From Trichosphaerium sp. ATCC 40318 (taxonomy: Eukaryota > Protista > Tubulinea), in NCBI GenBank assembly GCA_038496445.1, contig JALMLS010000404.1, positions 62,001-126,000 of the forward strand: a stretch of DNA of 64,000 nt, written 5' to 3'. Below the pieces are notes generated by a model. The model was not told the DNA's origin. It worked only from the letters and a program-made list of their open reading frames with translations, and searched no databases. The translations under genes were made by a program, and so were the position numbers. The first letter of the stretch is position 1. Each line of letters starts with the position of its first letter. This document shows positions 1-9,399 of the stretch, one piece after another.

Positions 1-1170
1 CAAACGTAAGGGTATGCCTGAAGAAATACCTGTACTTGGAAAGATAGTTGACAAGCTATAATTCCTCTGACGAGCACTCACAATCATTATAAAATCCCAA
101 TCGAAAAAAAGTTCGGAAATCTGAAGACCCATTTAACAAGGTTCTCTGTGGCTTTTTTTAATGTAATTGGCTGCAGAAACCTCGCTCAAATCACTCAAGT
201 TGCAATAAAATAACTTTTTAGTTTAATCTAAACACGACTTTGTTTATTCCCTAGTACTCGTACTTCAGATCATTGTGTATACCACAAGCCAATTGCAATA
301 TGAACACTTGATAATTGTAACATAGGCAAAGTTGTTAAAAGAGACTAAAATTTAGCTAACTGGTTTTTTTTTTATGTCAAACTACAATTTAGAGGCCTAT
401 TTTCTTTTTTCAGTTATTTGGTCCAATGGCGTAAATGATGATTTTGAAAGATACAATAAGAAAACCCCAAAAGGCAAAGAAAATCCCAAAGCTTCTTGCT
501 AGAACACCCATCATACTTAATTTCTTATCAGGCTCTTCATCTCCAAAAAACATGCTCTCAATGATTGCCGAGCCCCACGTTACACTACAATCTACCTTAT
601 AAGCCAATATTAATATTAAAACATTTTATAATGTACATAAGGCGATTCCAAAGCTTCCCAAGATTGTTCCAGTCATCACAACCGCGCAAAATGTAATCCA
701 TAATAAATTAAAACTCTGTTTTCGTGGTGCTCTTTGTTGCTGAAAACGGATATTTACGGTTGTTTTTCGTACAAACATTGTCCGTTGCTGAATAAAACTT
801 GGCAAATTTGTGGGAGGTTAAGCAATCTGTAATTTTCAAAACAAATCCGTATTACTTAATCAGGCTATGAAAGGCCTAGTATGCTTCTAAACAGTCAACT
901 GCACATTCTGACCCTGTCATTTTTCATCACAAGAACATTGTTTGACGGACACATTCTCAGTATTGTGGTCATGATAATGCTTCCGTAATACGGCCATGAC
1001 ATTTCTACTCTGTGAATTGAACTAATCAATAGTACCCTCTATGAGTGATGTTCAAGTTTGTGACGTTCAAAGTGTAATTCCACCCAAAAAACATTGTTGC
1101 AAAGTGATGTTCAATGTGTTACATAAGCGGTTCTAAATTTTACTTGTAACAACTTCATCTAAGTGTTGCA

Positions 1171-2440
1171 ATGCTTCCCGTCAGTAAAAGAAACTTCATC
1201 GATTGTACACCATCAACCAATTTCCAACATCTACCCTCTGATGTATTTTTTACTATTGTATTTGATATGTCAAGTAACCCTATCATTATACCTATCCACA
1301 TGAAACGTGTATGCCATCTATTCTACAAGTTTGTATGTAGTGTATCAAACAATATAATAACTCGTCAAATGAAGCGTATTGGATGCCTTGACTTAAAGTG
1401 TTTGAAAGATCCTTCACAAACACTTCAACAGTTTTGGGAAAGAACAATTCCAGCATTGTATGATTATCCCGCTGTGCCTTTAAACAACCTTGCCAATACA
1501 CCCAATGAATTCTATAGGAGTATTGGTGACTTCAGGTTCAGTGCCAATGCCGTTCATTTGATACAACACTGCCTCGAATCCACGATTGTTGAGTACTTTG
1601 CAAATGGCTACTTTAACAAATACGAAGAAGCTAAACATGTTGAAGCTTTATCTACAAAACCCGCCAACAGTAAACTAGATATATCATTTAAAGGAGAGGC
1701 AGTTGAGTCTTTTGCAAACCTTTTTGGAGTTGAATACGATCCTGAAGACGATGACGAGTATAAAAGAAAAAATGATGACAAATTGAGCCAAGATGAAGAT
1801 GTTAGTGATGAAGAAGAGGACGATATGCTTGATACCGATAACAGTACTGACAATACTTTCTTAATTCTACTTTGTCTCATGCTGTTACTTAGCCAAGGAT
1901 ATGTTCAAGAACAAGAACATGCTTGAAGATGTGCCAAAGGAAGAACATACAAAAAGGTTTTCTATAAAACTGTTCTGGTATTGGATTTCTCAAGGCGACA
2001 TTGAAAACCTCTTAAAAGAAGATATAAAGCGCTTATGGCTTGACTTGCCTATACATGAACCTAACATAGATGGTGAGACGATCTTATTTCATCTTGTGCG
2101 CATGATGAGGAGGCACTGTTCTAAAGAACCAACGGACATGCTTACTGAGGTCTTGAAACACAAGGACTGCAATGTTAACCATCAAAATTGCTTGGGTGAT
2201 ACAGCGCTAACTGTTGCTGCAATGTTCGGAAATATGGAAGCTTGTGAGATACTGTTAGCTGTAGGTGCAGATGGTAGTATAAAGAACGAAGAGGGTAAAG
2301 ATGCAACATTTTATGTTCAACAATGGATAACTCACAAACCAAATGATGACAACATTATACAAGTTAGTTATAGTGGTGATGGAGAGGGTGTACTTGAAAT
2401 TGTAAGACAAAAGGTTGTATTGCCACGTGCAACATTGTAA
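1171..2440 (+). CDS. F-box-like / histone H3-like fold / acidic linker / ankyrin-repeat protein, ~406 aa; exons 1171-1843 and 1893-2440
   Basis: A 49-nt GTACTG..TTAG intron (1844-1892) joins ORF 1171..1926 in frame to ORF 1901..2440. Motifs: FQHLPSDVFFTI (F-box-like), DFRFSANAVHLIQHCLESTIVEYF (H3 L1-alpha2-like), an acidic run, and GDTALTVAAMFGNMEACEILLAVGAD (ankyrin). Confidence 0.7.
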
Positions 2441-2629
2441 TAAACCAAAGAGCGCAATCCTCCTTACTTTGACAGCGTCAACTCATAAAGACATCAAGAG
2501 CATTTAAGCCTAGTGAAGTAGAATAAAAAATAAATGTTCACCCTTAATCCAAACAAAAGCAGATTGCGTTAATATCCGTTTTTGTTGCAATCAATTCATT
2601 TTGAATCATCACCATTATTTTCATCCAAC

Positions 2630-2915
2630 AGGAGGAAGCGCTATTTATAATTGGAAGCCTCATGTCAGAAATCCGGGTGGGTTGTTCATTAATTACCAGA
2701 TTGAACACAATCTACTTGGATTTTTAGTGCTTAAAAACATGAATTTAATCTTGAACTGAAACCAGGAGATTGACGTACACTTCAGATACCATTGAGTTTT
2801 GAAAAGTTTACACTGTGAGAGGATGCACTAAAATAGTATAGTATCTCTTCAAGGTAAAATCGATTGTTTGTGCATGTGATGAAACACTAGATGTGTTACC
2901 TCTTCTCAGTATTCA
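2630..2915 (+). pseudogene. Decayed internal fragment of the F-box/Ig-like family (C-terminal domain only)
   Basis: Matches copy 6 at ~61147-61460 (ttggaagcctc.tgtcagaaatcc.ggtgggttgttc; ttgaactgaaaccaggagat; tgtgatgaaacac.agatgtgtt), with stops, indels and an internal deletion. Confidence 0.8.
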
Positions 2916-2941
2916 TTACAGTCATTTTTAAAAGTGCTTTA

Positions 2942-3871
2942 TTAAGATGTCTTATACATTGTAAGATTTACAACATTGCTTGTAACAGTTGAGCAATGTC
3001 CAAAAATAGAATTAGTAAGCCCTCGATGTTTTTCCTTTTCAGTATTGATTGTAATGAATACTTGAAGAGGGAAAACATCTGGTGTTTCATCATGTGCAAC
3101 AAAAACTTGATGTCTTATACCTTGAAGCGCCAAAGTACCAGGAGGTAGAAAGGGTGGAAATATGGATGGATTGATAAACTTTTCAAAACGCATCGGTACC
3201 TTGTATGTAACTGTACACCCAGGGTTCAACGCCTCATGAAAGTGGCGATTTTTTGAAAAAACAGTCTCACCGTGAAGATAGTGTTGGTAATTGTCGAGAA
3301 ACCCTTTAGGATCCTTTATTTCAGGCTTCCAAATATAAAAACAACTACCTCCTTCAATAAGATGGCAATCATCAAGGCTTGCCCCATAACCAAGGTACAC
3401 TTTCTCACGTGTTTTACCAATATTCTCGAGTGTAAGTGTGAATGTTATTGTGTCGCCTTTGTGAACATGGGTCTTGTCACAACTCAACTCTGAGATGATA
3501 TTTGAACACAATCTGTTTCGATACTTCTCTTTCCACGTGACTGCATCAAGATTATACAAAGTAGGCTTCTGCTTGCGCCTATAATATGACATTTGCTTAT
3601 TCTTAGCACTTGCGATGCGTTTGTGGATAGCAGACTCTATTTCTTCAGCGTCAAGACCCCATTTCTGATGATACAAATGTCGATAAATGTAATCTGAGTC
3701 ATTTCGTATCAATTCGCATAGATAATGGTTTGATTGTTGTAAAGATGCTAAATCTTGCCACAACAAATTGTTGCTAACGATAATACTCAAAATTATCTCG
3801 ACAGGCAGAGAAAACAAATCTGTTGTAGATGATCGTGATGTATCGAAACAACCACTACGTTTGGTCGTCAT
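2942..3871 (-). CDS. F-box + Ig-like (CARDB/DUF11-like) protein, family copy 1 (~309 aa)
   Basis: Intronless ORF. Start set at MTTKR (3871) by alignment to paralogs. F-box LFSLPVEIILSII..WQDLASLQQSNH; motif HVHKGDTITFTLTLENIG. Confidence 0.85.
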   Translation of the reverse strand: MTTKRSGCFDTSRSSTTDLFSLPVEIILSIIVSNNLLWQDLASLQQSNHYLCELIRNDSDYIYRHLYHQKWGLDAEEIESAIHKRIASAKNKQMSYYRRKQKPTLYNLDAVTWKEKYRNRLCSNIISELSCDKTHVHKGDTITFTLTLENIGKTREKVYLGYGASLDDCHLIEGGSCFYIWKPEIKDPKGFLDNYQHYLHGETVFSKNRHFHEALNPGCTVTYKVPMRFEKFINPSIFPPFLPPGTLALQGIRHQVFVAHDETPDVFPLQVFITINTEKEKHRGLTNSIFGHCSTVTSNVVNLTMYKTS

Positions 3872-4898
3872 TGCTCTTATTTTAAGATACGGTGCTCGTA
3901 AACCACAAAACAATATTCCGCGCTGAACAAATTCAAGGGTTGAACGACATAGACTAAGAGTAGAATTGAGTCCCAGATTAATTCGCCCAGAAACGTCCGT
4001 AGTACATTGTAGCACGCTGCATGGTTTAGGTTATACATTATCAGGTAAAGGTATGTACAGAGGAAAGAAATAAACACAAAACACAATGGCTTGAGGATAA
4101 ACAAAATGGTGAAACCATAAGATGGCATGAAACTGAGTTCTAATCAGGAACTCTGATAAATTTCTGCTTGAACACCCGGTGGTGTCTAACAACCTCGTAG
4201 AACAAAGAATTATACCAAATATACGTTAACATACTGAGAATGCGAAAAGAAAGCAAGACAAAATGCTTGACGTTTATTATGTAAATGTAAAAGGCAATAA
4301 ATAAAACTAAGACATTTTTAATAATAATGTGCGTTTACAGTTGTTGTAAACTTTTGTACTTTTCACGCTTGGCATACAGTATTAAATAAAGCGTTTAAGC
4401 CTATGTGTGAACACTTACATAATATAGCTCTATAGACACGGTAGAAGTGAACTGGTAACCTTGCGGCTATGGTGACCTTTTTTGAACTCTGTGTAGCCAA
4501 GTGTTCGGGATTGACGTTAAGTTGCAACTTATTGAATGGAAAAAAAATAAATTTCTCTGAACAACAACACAGTATTTTTACGCTCAGCCCAAAATAGTTT
4601 CAAGTTTACGAAGTAAACGCTATTTTTGGGACTATTACTACTAGTCACTTGCTCCCTTTTGAATCTGTTGTACTGAGTGGCTATCAGAGAAATATATTAG
4701 AATGAGTTGACACTTGACAGTAGTGCAAAATTTTCTTCACAAAATTTGTAGGTATACACCCTGTTCGCCTACAGATACAGTTGTAGTTATAATATGTTCT
4801 TCCCACATTTTTTTTCTTTTTTATTTGTTTGTAGTTAAATAAGATATCTCCCAGATCTACAAATGTGGTGCAGATAGTCAACGTGTCTTTCATCGTTT

Positions 4899-5010
4899 AA
4901 GGTCATTGGTTCGAATCCGATTCAGGCGTCGATTACGCCTCATGCAGTGATATCTGCAAGAGGAGGTTAGCCTGGTAGCTCAGTTGGTAGAGCGTACTCC
5001 TAGTAAGAGT
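4899..5010 (+). tRNA. Circularly permuted tRNA-Thr(AGT)-like sequence: 3' half (4899-4929) precedes 5' half (4969-5010); functionality unknown
   Basis: 3' part AAGGTC-ATTGG-TTCGAAT-CCGAT-TCAGGC covers variable loop, T-arm and acceptor strand. 5' part AGCCTGG-TA-GCTC-AGTTGGTA-GAGC-G-TACTC-CTAGTAA-GAGT covers acceptor strand, D-arm and anticodon arm (AGT). The halves pair over 6 bp in the acceptor stem and join at ~position 42/43. Confidence 0.75.
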
Positions 5011-5375
5011 TTATAATTACATCGTTTCATCAGTCTGGTTGGTGGTTTAAGAAAAACCCTAACTGGACTAATAAAATTTAAAGTCACGTGATGCGATCAC
5101 CACTTTTTTTTCCTAGCTTGTTTGCAATAGAAACCTTGGAAGCCATTCGAACGCTGAAAAGTATCCAACAAGTTGTGCAATAGCGTATGTTGTAATTAGC
5201 AGTAGGCAAGAAAGTGATGGCGTGCTCTTACTTTAGAAGGGCGTAACTTACTTTGTTCAGGTCTCTTTTGTTTGTAAATGACGGGGGTACACTATTGTTT
5301 ACAACGCTTTTGTCACATCAATACCTATGACTGATGAAGATACTCTGGAAAACGAAACCATCGTAAACATTTATT

Positions 5376-5670
5376 TTATTTGGCGTATTGCCTGTTCATA
5401 CAAGCAACGTCGCGAGTACATCTACTCTTAACTTGTACACACCAAGCAGAATCTGCGATATTTGGAGGTGATGACTGAAGAGCTGCTTTCAAGTCTTTAA
5501 AACCACCAAGTCTTGGACAACCCAAGTTAAACGCAAAGTCAACAATAGCGGATCGTTGAGAGCTTGTAAGCCTGCTGAAGTTCGAGCCTACATAAGACCT
5601 TTGCACAGCTCAATGCTGTGGAAATATCTTGGTTAAACAAACTTATTATTGCCCGTAATTCAAGCATTCG
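5376..5670 (-). pseudogene. T4-type (GH24) lysozyme C-terminal lobe, frameshifted remnant
   Basis: AIVDFAFNLG..RLGGFK.LKAAL and DSAWCVQVKSRCTRD match the phage-lysozyme C-terminal pattern. Upstream LFNQDISTA is in another frame. No catalytic N-terminal lobe is visible. Confidence 0.65.
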
Positions 5671-5986
5671 GTACGTACACAAAAAAGAAACTAAAGTCAG
5701 GGAACCTTCCTAATCATCAACCAGATGTTGTTGACAATTTCTTTTCCCACCAAAACTGGTGACTGGCTGTGAAAAACTAATGAAATTTCTGTTCCAACGC
5801 TGTACCGAAAGAAAACCGAAATCGCTTGCTGAGTGCTTATTAGAGGTTTTCCAGTGTGGTAACGCCAAAAATCACTAATGGCTGGTAGAATGGGAGCGAC
5901 TGTAGGCAATTTGACCTATAACGGAAGTCATTTGGGAAAAACTCAGAATTTTCGTACGCTTTTTATTTTTTTCACTACACGCGATA

Positions 5987-6703
5987 ATGTTGAAGCTTGT
6001 ATTGATTTTATCTGTTATTGTATGCGCTCTTTGTTGTAAACCAGGCGAAAAGGACTGCGAAAATGTAGATCTTGGCTCGTACGGTTTTAAAACGACTAAT
6101 TTGTTATGCTATAGCTTCTTACGCGTGTTGTTAGTTGTGGTGGAGCTTGTTGCAGCACTACAGTCGTGTTTATGAAATCTTCCGCAGATGAAGTCGTCGC
6201 TGCCATTAGACAATCACTTGCCACTGGTGGACCAGATAGACGGTAACTGTTTTATATTTTCTCCGCTCCAAACCGCTCATATTCGTAGTTATGCGCTTCA
6301 AACTACTGCTGAAGATGAGAATGGTGGTTTAGGTACGCATACAGCGTATTTCATTCGTATTAACCCATTTTGATTAGGTTTCCTTAACCTTGAGCCTTAT
6401 AACATCTCCACTGGCGTTCAGCGTCTCGGACAAGTATGGCATACTACTACGCCAGTTCCTTACCATGGTACAAACGCTTAAAACGAAGAATTCGCTTCTC
6501 TTACTAACGCGCTTCTAGATACAATAAATATTGCCTTGTACCCAACTGCAGACAACACTGGTACACGTGCCAACGCTTTTTCTATCTCCCAAATCGCTGG
6601 AGCTTACGGTGATGCTGGACAAAACTACTGGAATATTATCACACTTATCAAGTCTCTAAACTTGCCTTACACCATTGATATTAACTTTGGATGCGGTAAA
6701 TAA
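5987..6703 (+). CDS. Secreted protein of unknown function (multi-exon)
   Basis: Signal peptide MLKLVLILSVIVCALC. Exons split by GTAC..AG introns give DLGS|CGGACC ... GAYGDAGQNYWNI ... FGCGK*. Confidence 0.65.
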
Positions 6704-7259
6704 ACAATTCACAGCTGTGTTTGAAATTATTATTGAAGTTCTTGTTTTTTTGTAAAGTGTTCCGCACTGTTTCATTGAAAAAACAACAGAATGAGTAATA
6801 GCGGCTTGCATACAGTTCTACGCGCGTAGTGCGCTATTGAATACTTTTATGTGACATTTTTTGGCTTTCTCGTGCAATAAATAGAAGTCAGCATTGCAAT
6901 TATGTTAATGGTAGATACGAAGGTGAGTATGTAGAGTATACTAGTGAGTACCGCCGTTACAACCACCCCCTTGATCACTGGTTTATTAACAATGAAGTAG
7001 AAGCAAAGATCAAACGTTTGATCTGTATCAAAACGTAAAAAACAGTACCTTTTGCAGATATGTAATCTGTATCAAAAAGATGTACAATAACACTATTTTA
7101 TTACCGTTTCTTTCATATTCATTCATACCACTACAACGTCCACAGTCATTATGACACCTTCGTTTGTGACTGTAGTTACCCTTAGATTATTTGTGCCAAC
7201 ACCACTCAGCGATCAGGTCTTCATTTGTTCATACAATACTAGTGTTGTACGCTGGAGTT

Positions 7260-9139
7260 CAGATTCAATGAAAGACCGTATTTCAAAACCATCGACACTA
7301 CTTGCCATAGACAACTTCAAATACAATTAAAGCAAACCATCATGCGCAATACAAAGCCACAAAAAGAACTGAGCGATAAAAAATGTAACAAACTATGCCA
7401 CATGATATCTGAAGGCGAAATAACGTTGTTTGATACAAAGAGAGGCGTACCGCGTGAGGTAAAGTTATTTGCTGGATCCAAAGCTGTAAAACAGCGTGAA
7501 CAGTTCATCAAAGCCCTGGTACGTTATCATTGCTCGACATGACAATTTTTTAAACATTGATCAAACAAACTGTCGCGTGTCATACTAGGCATGATTGATT
7601 CCAAATCACGTGGTATTCTCACTTAAGAAAGAATATTGAAGTAATACATTATCCTTAGGCTGAAAGTAAAGTTAATCACGTGACAATACATCCAAACGGA
7701 TTAGGATACTCACTTGGAGCTTGGAACGACAACGAAATGGTAAGGCGCTACTGTAGCCAAAACTACAGGTCTCATAATCTAACTCCATCCACAAGCCTGG
7801 TCTAGACGCCATAGTCATTGCTTTGCGCGATAATCTTAGAACACTCAACCTCATTGACATTAACAAACATTGCAACCTAAACAAACTTTTTGAAGGCACG
7901 TTACAATATTTGTTTTGCAATTCAGTTACTTGTCACTACTTATACTCTTCTCTTCGTCAATTAGTCTTATCAGATAGATTTCCTCCTAACTTAAGAACAT
8001 TAAATATCGTTTCCAAAATACAAGACAAAGCATTTATAACAACAAGTCATTTGAAAAAATTGGCTAAAGCGAAATGTCCAAAACTCCGGAATCTTATTCT
8101 GTCAACTGTTAGTGGCGATGGGTTCTTTCACATAGCAAAGTTACTTGAATCTTCTGGGTTCAGTAAACTGAAATGTCTAAAAATTGTCCACACTGGGAGG
8201 ACGAGCCCTGGCAATGCAGGTTATGTTTATGAAAAACCGGTGAAATCCATCATAGACTTTGCTAAAAGTGTCTCAAATCATCCATCACTATCAAGCCTTT
8301 ATCTAGATTTCAGTTTTGGTGTAGTACTAAAGAACCAAAAAGGCACGCTTTCTTAACCAACAACACCTTTCATTACGGCTCAGCCATGTGAAGGGTGTTC
8401 AACTCAAAGCAAAATAATAAAAAAAATTGTGCTTAAACACGTGTATCTGCGCTTTTTATTAACTCTAACACTTTGTAAAATATAGTCATGGAAGCTTTAT
8501 CAGGTATCATGCAGAATATGGAGCTATCATTGTTTTCGCTTGGCGTAGTAAGATTTCCAGTGTCATCGCCATTTGCACATTTTCTTGGACATCGCCTTGG
8601 AGTAAACAAAACACTGCAAAAACTCTACGTTACAAATATTGCTTCGGACTCTCTTGCCTTGGTTATAGCAGATGAGTTAAAAGAGAATACTACGCTACGT
8701 TGTTTGAAACTAAGTCACTTGGTAGAGAGCGAAGGCACGATTGGTTTTTCCTTTTTTTTTCTTCTTTTTTTGCCAATGTGATTGTTGACGTTTTATTATC
8801 AGGGTCTATAGCGTTAGCAAAAGCTTTTAAGGAGTCTGAAACCCTTAAAGATCTTGATATTAGCAGTAATCAAAAGGCAAAAAGTAAAGCCTTGAAACAG
8901 ATTTGGACGCTTACCCAAATCAGAAAGAAAAAGCCTTATGCAATAAACGAAAAAACAAACTCGGAACACGAGGTAATTTCAGTTTTTTAAACACTTGGTT
9001 TTCTTATTCTGTACGTCAGGAACATGTACCCCACAATGACATTACTGGAGATACCTCAATGTTAGATGACCACATGTGTCACTCTCCTTATTTTGACTCC
9101 TACTATTATGCTGATGAAAAGGATATTAGCAAGAGCTGA
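7260..9139 (+). CDS. RNI-like leucine-rich-repeat protein (multi-exon, boundaries approximate)
   Basis: Same-strand ORF pieces with LxxLxL repeats (LRTLNL, CPKLRNLIL, LKENTTLRCLKLS, ETLKDLDISSN) separated by GT..AG introns. Confidence 0.55.
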
Positions 9140-9399
9140 CAAGAAGTAATAAACTGCATGACGGATTACGAATAAAAGCTAGCATAGGTTAATGTCAGTT
9201 TAATATTGTTCACAAAAAACCAAGTATTACGGGTAGAGTGGTTGCCAACTCCTTTCGTAGACGCAAGTGAGTGAAGATGGTAAAATTAACAAAGCAACTG
9301 TTTGACAAAATTTTTTGGCTTGGTGAGCGCTTTTTTATTTTTTTCTACAATTTTTTTTTAAAGGCACAAGCCTCGGCCATAACGGTCGTAAAAATTGAT

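Noticed and set aside
410-780. Hydrophobic minus-strand ORF pieces
   Set aside because: Broken frames and no recognisable family; not enough support for a gene call.
3872-4015. N-terminal extension of F-box copy 1 in the ORF track
   Set aside because: Non-ATG start and absent from all paralogs.
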